A DNA stretch of 58,761 nucleotides, counting the filler, from Ionaspis alba (lineage: Eukaryota): NCBI GenBank assembly GCA_964255285.1. It is 4 parts of 4 records of this genome, joined end to end, with 100 filler letters (N's around TTAATTAATTAA, not from the genome) between each part and the next. Parts side by side here need not be neighbours in the genome. Positions count along the whole stretch, not along the records: positions 1 to 14,627 come from CAXUUL010000409.1; positions 14,728 to 29,346 come from CAXUUL010000410.1; 2 more parts are not named here. One strand, written 5' to 3'. The notes under the pieces were generated by a model that saw only the letters and a program-made list of their open reading frames with translations, was not told the DNA's origin and did no database searches. Of this stretch, positions 13,392 through 27,085 are shown piece after piece. Each line of letters opens with the position of its first letter. Position 1 is the stretch's first letter. The position numbers and the translations under genes were made by a program.

Positions 13392-14037
13392 TCACTTCGT
13401 CGGATCTTCATCCTCTCCCAAAATCCCCTCCTTGATCAGTTCCTCCGGCTTCGGTCGACTCTGCAACTTATGCTCCAGGCTATCAGCCCGCATGTGTTTC
13501 TGCAGTTCCCGCTGATGACCTTGTAGAGCGGGAGCGGCGGTGGAGTCGGGGAGAATGTTTCCTGTAATATCCGAGATTCAATATTCAGCATGATCTCTGT
13601 GGAAGGATCTGTCGTTGGGTGTGGAAACGAGGCCGTGCGTACGTTCAATCAATTGTTCCCTCTCCGGCCGCTTCTCGAGTCCTTTCTTCAAGCTGTCGGT
13701 TGCGCGTTGGCGCTCAAGCTCTTGGGCGGCTGATTGGAGAGCCCTAAGATTGTTGTCAGAACCCTCTCAATTAAGCATTCTCATCCCGACTCTTGTCAGA
13801 CGGTGGCTCGGCAAGGCTCGGAGTGTCAATCATGCAGCCAGCCCGTAGTGAGAACATTGGGGGTGTGGTTTGAGGATTAGATCAGAGGATAGCTCACGGT
13901 GCGGCATTGGTATCCAACAAGATGTGCCTGTCCTTTAGATCCTTAGGGTCCGGGCGGGTTTGGAGGTGCTTCTCCAACGAGTTGCGGCGTTCGATTGGGG
14001 AGATGGGGGAGGTGTCAACTGGTGATTCTTCTGCCAT
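13392..14037 (-). CDS. Small RPEL-repeat protein (not resolved in the ORF track)
   Basis: Spliced translation (introns 13744-13897 and 13562-13642) gives three repeats: LEKHLQTRPDPKDLKDRHIL, LKKGLEKRPEREQLIERNIL and LEHKLQSRPKPEELIKEGIL, matching LxxxLxxRPxxxELxxxxIL. Confidence 0.88.
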
Positions 14038-14627
14038 GATTGCGTTGTTGTTGCCTTGCTCTTAGTTTTTGGGACTCCGGAGTGAGTTGAGAAATGAGTG
14101 TGATGGAAACCACTGTTTCGTGCAAACGAGATAGGTTTGGCTGTTTGATCGTCGATGCCTGGCGGCGGGGCAACGACAACAAGGACGATAGGGCTGGGGT
14201 GGGGACAAGGATGTGTGGTGGGCTGAACAACGCCGCAGTGCTACTCCATTCTTTATGATAGACTTTGATAATTACTGAGTGCTACTAATGTAATTTGAGC
14301 ATCTCTGATACATTATGAAGAGCCCTATGGCATCTATGGTTCAATTAATACAATCTCAATAACAAAAGTAAACGTCTCAAGAGATTTAGCTGAGGAGTTG
14401 GTCAACCTGTGAGACTATGGCAATCTCACGGAGCGATCACTAATGGTTCGGTCCATACTCTCCAGGGGAGGTTGCGGAATTCACTCGGCAATGGAGGCGG
14501 AATTCGAGCTATTCGGATCAAAAGGGGTTAAGATTAGCATTCTCACCACCAAAGGAAACCCCTGGAAGACTAGCATGCTGAACATTTTGCCCGAGCTTAA
14601 TCGTGTAGCTAGCTAACCACCGCCTCC

Positions 14628-14727
14628 NNNNNNNNNNNNNNNNNNNNNNNNNNNNNNNNNNNNNNNNNNNNTTAATTAATTAANNNNNNNNNNNNNNNNN
14701 NNNNNNNNNNNNNNNNNNNNNNNNNNN
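14628..14727. other. Assembly spacer: 44 N + TTAATTAATTAA + 44 N
   Basis: The 12-mer puts stop codons in all six frames, and the identical layout recurs at 29347-29446 and 44056-44155. Confidence 0.95.
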
Positions 14728-14966
14728 AGATTTTTGCAAGATGGCTGCATTGCTTGAGCTGCAATCGAGCCACAGCAAAAGTAATTAAAAAGCAAATCTC
14801 TAGCTATCTACATAATGCTTTGACGTGTTTGTTTCCCTTGGTCATATCACAGTAGCACTAATGCAACCGCACAGCCCAAAGCGTCAACGCCATAAGCTAC
14901 CACTCTACACATTGCATTCCCGTTCAGAATCGGTGGTGATAAGCGCAGCTCTCTACATTCGATCGG

Positions 14967-16905
<1,939 letters not shown>

Positions 16906-17979
16906 GTTTGGTTCAAAGCATCAATTGAGCTCTGTCCTAGCAATTCCGAGTGCAGTGTTATGAGCTCTGCAAGGTCTGTGGTGTTACAACAGATGACGTG
17001 CCAGGTCCGCTTGGGGATTTTTATGGCCCCAGGGTCCCTGACCAGCCCTACGCAGCACATCATTGCGCTTGTCAAGCACCTCAGGAGTACTTGCCAAAAG
17101 AAAGTGGTTTTTAGGGCAGTCGTCGAACAAAGTTCGACTTGGGAAGGAGAGCTTCTGGCATTTCCCTCTGCTTCGGGGAGAGGTTCGGGGAAGACGCCAA
17201 GTCCAGAACAAGCGAGCTTTGGCTCAGTGCCGTGATTGGAAGAGCGAATGTCACTATGTAGTGCAAGGAAAAGTACTCATCGTGTACTACTAACTTGCAT
17301 ACATCTCTGCTTCTTCAAAGATCTATTCAATTGATAATAACAGCACAAGCCAAACAGGAAATCACAGAAGTCTCAACATGTGTTACTTCAAAATTTGATA
17401 AAGTGAATTGGGACATTTGTGCTCGTTGGGTATAAGTCCCCACGGCAAAAGTGATATATCGAAAATTGGTGTTCCTATAATTACGCAGCGGGTCCAATGT
17501 GTATGACGGGCATGCTCCCCCAATCCATGCGCCTAAAATCGCTAGTCTCCGAGGGATTTAGAGGACGAGCCCGGAGGGCTGATGACAAAGCATTATCACA
17601 TGTCAGAACCTCGAACTGGTGGGACCAACCAATAATGTAAAATCAGTCCTTTGAAATCCAAACAATGAACAATCCAGCACGAAATAATCGACTTATGCAT
17701 CTCAGCCAATGAGATACCACGGGAGCTCTGGATTGTAGGCGTGAGAGATTTAAAGCAAGGAAATGACGCGGTCGTAGGACTAAGGTTGGTAAGCTCGCAA
17801 GAAGACCTGGAGATCGAATGGCTCCAACGTGAGGCGCGCGGGGCCGTCAATCTATTTTCTGCTCCAACGCCACAGACGTCTTTTTCTCTTGGTTGACTTC
17901 GAAGGTGTTGGACTTTCGCCTCCGCTTTGAAGTGAGGCAGTATCGCAAAGTTTGATCTATCCAATATACCTAGCTCACT

Positions 17980-19985
17980 ATGGGTCGCCCACCTGCAGTC
18001 GTTATCATCGCACGGTATGTTCGGATGTGATGGACCAGGGACTGAAGCATGCTAATCACCATCCCAGACATGGCGCAAGACTCGACGCTGCGAACTCTCA
18101 GTGGCATTTGACTTCACCAACACCCTACGACCCTCCTTTGACCTACGGAGGATGGACGCAATCTCGAGCGCTGGGAGCGAGGATAGCGAGCTTACTTAAA
18201 GCTCGAGAGTTGTCGCACCACCACCACCCACATCTTGAAGAGGAACCAGACTCGAGTGCAACAGGGAATGAGAACGCAGGTGGATCGCACGGTGGCCACA
18301 AGTCGCATCGAACGCGACGGAGGAAACATCGGATCGTCATTCACTCTTCGCCCTTCCTCCGTTGCGTTCAGACCTCCATAGCCATCAGCGCTGGTGTGGG
18401 GCAATATGAGGGACTTACTACCTCGAGCCATCTTCAGTCCACCCCGAAGCCCCATGTCCTACATTCCGGTCCGCCCCATCTACATCCCGAGTTTGCGAGT
18501 AGTCCCATGCTCTCTGCCATACCAGAGCCAGACGACGAAGAGGATGCGACCCATCCCGATCCCAGGAGAAAGGGCAAGGGCATAACCAAGGCGAGATTGA
18601 GAATCGATGCCTTCCTTGGGGAATGGCTTTCACCAGATTACTTCGAAGCCATTACGCCTCCACCTAGCTCGGTATTGATGGTCGCTGGTGCCAAAGCAGA
18701 TCTCCTGAGAAGAGGTGACCTCGTGGATGGTGCGGAAGATTCCTCGAATTTGTCTTCGAGTCAGGGCAACTTTCCTGGCGGATGGAGCAGCCATAAACAA
18801 GACCCCGACAGTGGTGCAACAAGCGATGAGGACGGACCTGTGACAGGAATGTCGGGTCTCACTATCTCGGCGGCGTCCAAGCGAGACCGAGCCAGTAGCC
18901 ATAATGCTGCTGGGAATACTGCGTGTAAGTCGGGCCTCCGAGCTGTCCGTCAGGCTCGAGCAGCTTGCACCTTTGACTCTGGCTATGTCCCACCGCAGCC
19001 AAGATATGCGATCTCGCCATCTGATCCGATACCTCCCGGCTACGTCGCGCATGCAAGAGACGCTTGTGTCAATATTGACTATCAGTGGGATAGCATGCGG
19101 CCTCCACAAGAGTGGGGAAATGGAGGCGAGTACGGTGAGGAGTGGAGCTCGATGCATAAACGATTCCGAAAAGGACTCCAGCAAATGATTCTCTGGTATC
19201 GGACGAACGAACCTTCGTCTCGGCGACCTTTCGAGGTATCAGATTCGAATGCGGCGGGCGATGACGACGATGACGATACCGACACTGTGCTGATCCTCGT
19301 CACGCACGGCGCAGGATGTAATGCTTTAATCGGTGCTTTGACAAACCAGCCAGTCTTGCTTGACGTTGGTATGGCATCTCTGACAATGGCAGTGCGCAAG
19401 CATGGCGCTGGATCCGAACATGCTCCTGTTGTTCAAAGCATGAGAAGGCGTTCCTCGATCGACCTTGGCATATCACAGGACTACGAGGTCCCACTCATCG
19501 CTTCGACCGAGCATCTCAGGGCAGGGTCAAATCCTCTCACCGTGCCTCAACTGCAAACACAAGCCAGAAACTACTCACCGCACGACGGGAACTATCGCCA
19601 ACGGTTCGGATCTCCGACCGCACACGGGCCGTCCTATAGTCCCATTGATAATGGTTTCCACCTACCGGACTCTGCTCTTCATGGTGGACTTCGTCGGAGC
19701 GCTACCAGTGCCAGTCCGGGAGGATCGAGAGCCAATACGGGATTGTGGACTAAGCCTGTAGCAGAACCGAACGGCGATGTGCAGAAGAAGTCCGAAGGGA
19801 TGAATGGGACATCGGAGAATGCGAAGCTACCTTGGAGTATTGAAGGGAAGCTAGGATCAGCCTTGGACAACAATCCAGTACGAAAGAATAGCCAACCAGG
19901 CTTGTGGGGTGCAGCGGCTCCCACCGAGACTCGCGGACGAGATCCGGGTCCAAAAAGAAGATGGACCTTTAACGAGCATCGATGA
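17980..19985 (+). CDS. Histidine phosphatase (phosphoglycerate mutase) superfamily protein with low-complexity inserts
   Basis: MGRPPAVVIIAR|HGARLD across intron 18015-18067 (RHG motif), DPPLT, SSPFLRCVQT and LVTHGAG. Confidence 0.85.
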
Positions 19986-20280
19986 TGATGATATGGCATT
20001 TAATGAATCTCCACCAAGTGTTTACTGATCTTAAAAGCATTGCATCTTGTTTTGGCTTTTGCATGTCCACATTAGCTTTTCATTCTTTAGCGACGGGCGC
20101 TTGAAGGATGGAAATGCAGTGCTTGGAGTATTGATTGCCTCTCAATTGTTGCTTGCATTTGGAAGACACGATCTGGCGAGGTCAATGCTTCTCATATTGA
20201 AATCCAATAAAGAAAGGTCACGTGGAAATTCCTAAGGATTTCATTTCATCAATTGTTGATATTGAAAGATCATGCATGCT

Positions 20281-21477
20281 TCATTTCGAAGACTCCAACC
20301 ATGAAGCTCCTCCCCAAATCAAAGCACACCCGATCAGAGCGCCAGCCCCCATGAATCTTTGTCCCCAGCTTGAGCCAGCTTCCACTTTAGCAGGACCCTC
20401 AATCTTTCTCCGTACAACTTCCGGCCTCCCTTCCTCTGTCTTCTGCCCACTCGTCGCATTCACCGATTGCTCCTTCCCCAATGCTATCGCCCTCTTTTTT
20501 CCGGTCCTCCAAACCTCTTCCAATCGTCTCATCCCCTCCCGCCACTCACTCTCGTTCCCACCATACCCCGCGCCTTCAACTTCCACACCTTGCACATTCC
20601 CAAAGAAATCTACCACCAACCTCTCCCTCCCAGCCGCTTCACCTCCAGGGAACAGATCCCATCTAACCCCTGCGTCACTATGAATTTTTTCCTTATCATA
20701 ACTCCCAAACAAATCGCCCAACGTCCGACCACCACCCCTCTCTTCCTTTTCCAAAAATTCCAAATTATAATAGGTGTACCGATCAATGACCGCAACCCCA
20801 ACGTCATTATCCGCATGATGACTATAACTACTTTGGTCCACCGCCGAACTCCCCGTCGCGATGATATTCGGCGAGTAGAATCGCTCATACATCGTATTCG
20901 CCTGGCACGTATCAATCATGAACAGCATCTCCTTGTATCTCCGCTTCTCCCACATCTGCTCAAAAGCGTCTGCCAGATCCCAGCTCCCTATCTCCTCCGC
21001 GTCCTGGAACTTTAGAAACTCCTTCCCGCCGTGCCCCGTCATGTATACCAGCACGTTGCTCCCAGCATCGCTGCCCAGCCGTTTCCCACGCGGCACACCC
21101 TCGTCCCAGCGGTCGGTCAGTAACCGGATGAAGTTCTCGACTGTGACTTCGTAGCCCCGGTAGTCGACCTCGATGTTGGAGCCGTAGAGATCCAATGCCC
21201 GTAAGGCATTGTTGTAGACCGTGCCTGGAAAGGCGTTGCGTGGGTTGCAGGCCATATCGTCCGGGAGCAAGAGAAGGATTTGTGAGTCGGGGATGCCGAG
21301 GCGCTTGACGGTACGGTAGAGGGAGAGGACATTGGCGAGATGTCGGTAATTGAACCAGAAACGCGAGGTCGAGACTAGCACGGCCCAATTGGAGGTGTGG
21401 GTGCTTGGATTTGATGGGGGAGTGGTGAGAGTCAGGAGGGGAAGGAGAGTCAGCGGGAGGAGGGAGACGAGACGCAT
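20281..21477 (-). CDS. GPI8: GPI transamidase catalytic subunit (PIG-K, peptidase C13)
   Basis: Signal peptide, NWAVLVSTSRFWFNYRH, catalytic His (TGHGG) and Cys (IDTCQA), C-terminal hydrophobic segment; intronless. Confidence 0.95.
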   Translation of the reverse strand: MRLVSLLPLTLLPLLTLTTPPSNPSTHTSNWAVLVSTSRFWFNYRHLANVLSLYRTVKRLGIPDSQILLLLPDDMACNPRNAFPGTVYNNALRALDLYGSNIEVDYRGYEVTVENFIRLLTDRWDEGVPRGKRLGSDAGSNVLVYMTGHGGKEFLKFQDAEEIGSWDLADAFEQMWEKRRYKEMLFMIDTCQANTMYERFYSPNIIATGSSAVDQSSYSHHADNDVGVAVIDRYTYYNLEFLEKEERGGGRTLGDLFGSYDKEKIHSDAGVRWDLFPGGEAAGRERLVVDFFGNVQGVEVEGAGYGGNESEWREGMRRLEEVWRTGKKRAIALGKEQSVNATSGQKTEEGRPEVVRRKIEGPAKVEAGSSWGQRFMGAGALIGCALIWGGASWLESSK

Positions 21478-21874
21478 GGTTGAATGTGCTGGCAGAGAAG
21501 ACGAAGGTGGCGGCGGGAGGAGAGCTCCTTTTCACCAAAGAGATTCGGTGGGTTGATGCTTGGTTTCAATGTTCCTCGAGCTGCGATTTCGCTACAAGCA
21601 GAAGGCTTGGCATCCAGCCCTGTGGCGATCGGTTCTGGCAGGGAAGTCAAGTCTAGAATAGTGGCATAGTATGCTCGCAGTCACGAAATCTAGAAAAGCT
21701 TCGCTCATGCTCTATGTTGATCAAACCAAGTAGGACCTCATCCCCCAAACTCCGAACCAATGCGTCCGCCTTCGCAATGCCTGGGCATAATAATACCACC
21801 CACCGTGACTTTCATTCCTCATCGCTTCGTAACAACCTTCTCAAAGTCTAGCTCGTAAACCATCCACATCCCTC

Positions 21875-22786
21875 TCACGAACCGCCCAATCTCCTCTCAA
21901 TCTTCTCCCGCTCACCAGCCCTTAATTCCCTCAGCTCTTCTTTGGTAGTATCATAACCCGCCGTGACCTGATTGAACGGATTCTCCTCACTCTTCTCAAA
22001 CTCCTTTCTGATCAGCTCGATGCGCTGCTGCCTTCTGAGACCCTTATGCTCCTCCTCTAGCTCCGGCAACCGTCGAGCCTCAAATGCAGCATAAGCCGCC
22101 TTGAATCTCCGCTCCGGATGCTTGTCGACCTTCTCGTTATTCGCGCCCGAGGTCAGGGATAGGGCGTCGAGCGCGTTTTCGATGCCAGAGGCATTGAGAG
22201 CCGCAGGTTTTGCGGAAGGAGTGTCGTCGTCAAGCGCGGAGAGGTCGAGACCTCGAGAGGGTTTCTTAGGAGCTTTCGGGTTTGCCTTTGCTTTGGAGGG
22301 CAGGGATGCCTCTTCGGCAGCAAGTAGTGCGTCCTTTTCGGCTTTCTTCCGAGCCGCTTCAGCTTTGCGTGCTTCGGCGTCCTCTCTGCAAGTGGCTTGA
22401 TTAGCTGGACGCCCTAGGTGTCCTATGTAGATATATGCAGTAGGAGTTTCATAGCTCGCGGGTTCTTATGTCCAAATGAAGGCGATATGTTCAACGTCGC
22501 TGTAGAGTGGGAGTGCACATTTGGCAGAAGACATGAGAGTTGGGGTAGGGACACCCACTTCTTAGCATTCGATTTGGCACCTTTGCTCCAATCGTTGTCC
22601 TCGGCGGCGGCTTTCTTCAATGCTTCGGCTTCCGACTTCTGTCGAGCTGATTCGGCTTTCTGAAAGGGGGAAACTGAAGTCAGTAGTAACGCTACAAGGT
22701 CAGAGGACAGCGAAAAAGGCGGAAGGGCGTACTTTCGCATTGCCAGCAGCTTTCTTGCTATTCTCTCCAGCTTGCTTTTTAGGCAT
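21875..22786 (-). CDS. CCDC124/Oxs1/Lso2-like (DUF1014) coiled-coil protein
   Basis: MPKKQAGENSKKAAGNARK, W.KGAKSNAKK, ASGIENALDAL, DKHPERRFKAAY and FEKSEENPFNQ. Two introns; the second is 22386-22558. Confidence 0.85.
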
Positions 22787-22965
22787 GGTGACCTTTCTGC
22801 AGATTGCAAAGGAACAATACGAGCGCGGATCGTATTACAACGAGACTGATGCTCTTGATGGCAATGTTTAGGAGGTTTCCAAGCGCGTTTTACGATGCTT
22901 GAGTATTCTTACTCTAATTCAAAGCTAACGAATGACGATGCATGTGCGGGCACCTCGGCCACAAA

Positions 22966-23065
22966 NNNNNNNNNNNNNNNNNNNNNNNNNNNNNNNNNNN
23001 NNNNNNNNNNNNNNNNNNNNNNNNNNNNNNNNNNNNNNNNNNNNNNNNNNNNNNNNNNNNNNNNN
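22966..23065. other. Assembly gap (100 N)
   Basis: Run of N that probably hides the NMT1 promoter and upstream 5' splice site. Confidence 0.95.
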
Positions 23066-23114
23066 CGCAATGGATCCTTCTATGTATCGAGGTAATGTTA
23101 CGGAGAAAAATAAT

Positions 23115-23261
23115 GCATGACGGGTGTTCATCCGCTGCTCGACTCGATTATGCTCTCGTGTCTTGATTGACAAGAGACATAATGGGGTTGATGTATGCTG
23201 GCTGTTCTGAGATTATACCGTACATGAACTTGATCTAGATAATTCTAGCGAAAGGACATGC
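23115..23261 (+). ncRNA. TPP (thiamine pyrophosphate) riboswitch aptamer in the NMT1 5'-UTR intron
   Basis: P1 GCATG 23115-23119 / CATGC 23257-23261; P2 ACGG 23120-23123 / CCGT 23218-23221; conserved CTGAGA 23207-23212; ACTTGAT; P5 CTAGA-TAAT-TCTAG 23235-23248; GCGAAAGG. Lies directly upstream of a THI5-family CDS. Confidence 0.95.
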
Positions 23262-23343
23262 TTCTCTTCTCCTCTCCTTTCCCCTCTGATTCTAAGAATG
23301 GCCAACTCACTGCTCGCAGTACTTGGACGCTCGAATTCCCATC

Positions 23344-24529
23344 ATGACTACGGATAAGATTACCTTCCTCACCAACTGGTAGGGTCAATTGAGAACACAA
23401 GGGCGAGTATCAGCTAAAACAAACTCAAAGGCATGCAACGCCATACCATGCGCCTCTTTACGTGGCCCAAGCCAAAGGGTACTTCAAAGAGCAGGGCATC
23501 AAGGTCGCTATTCTGGAACCCAATGACCCCTCTGATGTTACGGAGATCATTGGCAGCGGGAAGGTTGATATGGGCTTCAAGGCTATGATCCATACTCTTG
23601 CCGTTGGTAGTGGTCTTCCTTCTTGCCATTCTTTAGGCTGAGAACAAGTTTAGGCCAAAGCTCGCAACTTCCCCATCCTTTCGATTGGATCACTCCTCGA
23701 TGAACCGTTCACAGGGGTCGTCTACCTCAAGGACAGCGGTATTACGACCGATTTCCGCTCATTGAAGGGCAAGAGAATTGGCTATGTTGGCGAATTTGGA
23801 AAGGTACGTGCCTCAACAGCCATTCTGTCTGTTTCCTCGCTGATCTTTGCATAGATTCAACTCGATGAGCTCACCAAACACTACGGCATGACCACTGATG
23901 ACTACACTGCCGTTCGCTGCGGCATGAATGTCTCCAAGGCAATTATCAATCTTGAGATCGATGCTGGGATCGGCTTGGAGAACGTTCAGATGGTCGAGCT
24001 CGAAGAATGGCTTACAAGCCAATCTCGCCCCAAGTCGGATGTCCAAATGCTGCGCATCGATGAACTGGCCGAGCTTGGATGCTGTTGCTTCTGCTCTATC
24101 CTCTACATTGGCAACGAGAGTTTCATCTTCGAGAATCCTGAGAAGGTGGCCAAATTCATGAAGGCCGTGAAGAAAGCCACCGACTACGTCCTGGCCAACC
24201 CTGTTGAGGCCTACAAGGAGTACATCGACGTCAAGCCCATCATGGCGACACCAGTCAACCAGAAGATCTATGAGCGCTCCTATGCCTACTTCAGCAAGGA
24301 TTTGAAGAACGTTCAGCGCGACTGGACCAAAGTCACCAATTACGGCAAGCGTCTTGGCGTCTTAGATGCCATGTTCACCCCAAATTACACCAACGAGTTC
24401 CTCGACTGGGAGCTTGAAGGTGATTCCGCTGATCCTACTTTGGACCAGAAGAGAATGATTGAGCTTCAGAAGGAAGTCGCCGAGAAGGGAGGCTTCCAGC
24501 GACTTAGGATTGCTTCCGTGAATGCCTAG
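23344..24529 (+). CDS. NMT1: HMP-P synthase (thiamine pyrimidine synthase, NMT1/THI5)
   Basis: [28 protein letters not shown] (PLP Lys and substrate His) and GCCCFCS. Introns 23379-23430, 23603-23653 and 23804-23854. Confidence 0.96.
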
Positions 24530-25035
24530 ATCACTGCTATGGCCACAGCTCGAGCGAGCCTTCTAAGTGTCACTTGATGGAGGATGGCACATACATGTTG
24601 CTTGACAGTCGCGAAGAACGTCTAGCTATATTGCTATAGTATATATGGTATTTCTGGAGACAATCCTCAACTGCTGCCTACGCCAAGTCCAATGCAGTTA
24701 GCTCAGCCCTTCAAGACTAAGTGGTTGCCAAAATAAATAGTATACTAAACGAAATATATAGCTGGCATGCGGGTAACGAGGGAGATTTTAGGAGGGTGAA
24801 TTGGGGAGCCCGCCCGTCGTAAATGTACACCCGACTGCATAATTGTGGGAACACCACTTTTTGGCGTGTCATCTATTTTGGCACCCGCGTGCTTGCATCC
24901 TCTCTGCTCCTTCGCGTACAAACCAGTGGTTCACTTTGTAGATGATCTAGATATGAGGCTGAGAACTGTTCCTCGTGCACATCGATAGGGCATCCTTTGG
25001 CCTTAAGACATGTTGGGTTCGGTAACCGTTCCAAC

Positions 25036-26733
25036 ATGTCTTCACCTACTTTGGATCAATTCCTGCGCGAGATAGCTACCATTCTACGTCAAAGGAATGG
25101 CCAGAAGCTGCAAGACTATCTACTTCTCGAGCCTCCACTTCCTCCTCTGTACACTACCATTGTCTCGGAATTACGCCTGTATTTTCCATCCAATCGGCAA
25201 GGCAGCCTTGAAGAAAAGTGTAAAATGCTGCTCCCTGAAGATGATGGTGAATCCGCAGGCGGCTCATGGACGGCATTTATTTCTTTCATGCTACAGTACT
25301 TTACTTTCCTAAGGGATGTCAATGTGGAACACTTAGTCGAGACACATGACATGCTAAAGTCGTTGCTGAAGTTCGTGCTCCTGCGTTGATGTTGTGATAG
25401 ATATCTTGTCTAATTACTCGGTAGCCAGTCCATTCTAGCATTGAGCGATGCCTCAATGGGAATCGTTGTATTACCCACCGTGATATCTTTCTCTCGTACC
25501 CTGGCTCGACTCGCCATTGGTCTGGACAGAAGACCAGATCTCATCGCCAATCTTTCCCGGAGAGAATCCTCTGCGGTTGGAGAAGATGCTGCGGAAAGAG
25601 TGACTCTGGTCCAGAGTTCAGCCAACGTCATCCGAGAAGCCTTCAAGAAGTGCCTCAGCGAGCGTAGCGGCAGTTCTACCGGCCTTACCTCAGCAGGTCA
25701 ACCCGAGGGTCGACGTGTAGGGATCTATCTCTGTGCGAACATCTGCCTGAAGCTCTTCTTCCATTGCCGCAAGTTGCGGAGCGCGGAACAGATCTTTGGG
25801 AACATTTACCAGCAGTCTCCACCCCTGGCTCGCTTTCCAGCTTCGCAGCGGGTCACCTTCCTATACTATCTGGGTCGATATCACTTTGCCAACAACCATT
25901 TCTTCCGAGCTCAACTGGCTCTGCAAGCAGCTTATGATCAATGCCATGCTCAATGCCTGAAACAAAGCCGGAGCATCCTCGTGTATCTTATCACAGCAAA
26001 CATCATCCTCGGACGCTTTCCATCTTCTAAACTCTGCCAACGACCAGAAGCCGTTGGCCTAGCTGACAAATTCTTGCCCATCTGTCAAGTTATTAGGAAG
26101 GGCGATCTAGCCACCTTTGAGACTTTTCTAGGTATTGAAAGCGAGAATGCATCGTGGTTTCTCCAGCGACGTATCCTCCTCCATTTACGCAATCGCTGCG
26201 AAGTCCTAATCTGGCGGTCCCTGGCTAGGAAAACGTTCCTGATCTCTGGCTTCCGGGGCGACGCGACCAGGAGAGCCCCAAGTCTTAGCCTCGAAGATCT
26301 CTTGATCCTAGCGACTTACCTGAAGCAGCGGTCTCTGGATGGGCAACACGTGCAGCACGGATTTCCAGATAATTATGCTACAAACGGCTACGTCGATGCT
26401 GACTTTGTGGACGAAGTCGAGACTACTGGGCCTGATCTCCCCACTATGGAGGAAGTCGAGTCGGTAGCAGCTTCACTGATCTCGCAAGGCTTCTTACATG
26501 GATACTTGAGCCACAGACATGCTCGGTTTGCAATCACTGGGGCGAAGAATAACTCTGCCGTGGAAGTGGGGTTCCCAAACGTTTGGGAAACTATCAGAGG
26601 TAAATCTGGTGATGAGGTGCCAGGCTGGGTCAAAGAAGACAAGGGAGGGATCTTGGGAGGTGCAAGGAGAGCTGGACCCGGGATGGTGGTCAATCTAAGT
26701 GGAGCCAGGCCAGCCGGTGCTGCTCCCGCTTGA
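25036..26733 (+). CDS. PCI-domain protein, CSN12/PCID2/Thp1-like
   Basis: GIYLCANICLKLFF, QRVTFLYYLGRY and ESVAASLISQGFLHGY. Intron 25371-25424. Confidence 0.8.
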
Positions 26734-27085
26734 GACGTCAGATATCAGTATGTACTTTCCACGTGGACATCATGTTCATATTTCTCTCCTGTTCCAAGAT
26801 ATCTTGGCCGATTGTCATACCTAGCGACGTCTGCTGTCTTCTCGGATTCTGCCGACCTTGACAAAATCGCCATAGATCTTGGCTAAGCCCATCTGTATGT
26901 GAATCGTGGTAGAGAGTTAAGAGGAACATCAAAATCTTCGATACAGATATCCTGTTCGGTGTGGCACGGGATGCCTCATAATCTCCTACACGACGCAAGA
27001 GCCTTCTTGGCACACTCCCTACCAAGTCAGACTTCTCCGAAATCGTAGTCGGAAACCGACCCGGGACTTTGCGTTCCAGTCGCGC

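Noticed and set aside
14672..14683. Palindromic TTAATTAATTAA recurring three times (also 29391-29402 and 44100-44111)
   Set aside because: Always centred between two runs of 44 N and gives stops in all six frames: an assembly linker, not a biological repeat or transposon target.
19983..19991. Three tandem TGA stops, and a scan of stop codons for readthrough to a cryptic peroxisomal signal
   Set aside because: A simple (TGA)n microsatellite; no TGA-CTA context or SKL-like extension was seen at the stops examined.
20222..21538. Long antisense or alternative-frame ORFs over GPI8 (similarly over Lcp5-like, NOP7, Mtc4-like and PRP40)
   Set aside because: Shadow ORFs from codon bias and purine-rich coding strands; no recognisable motifs.
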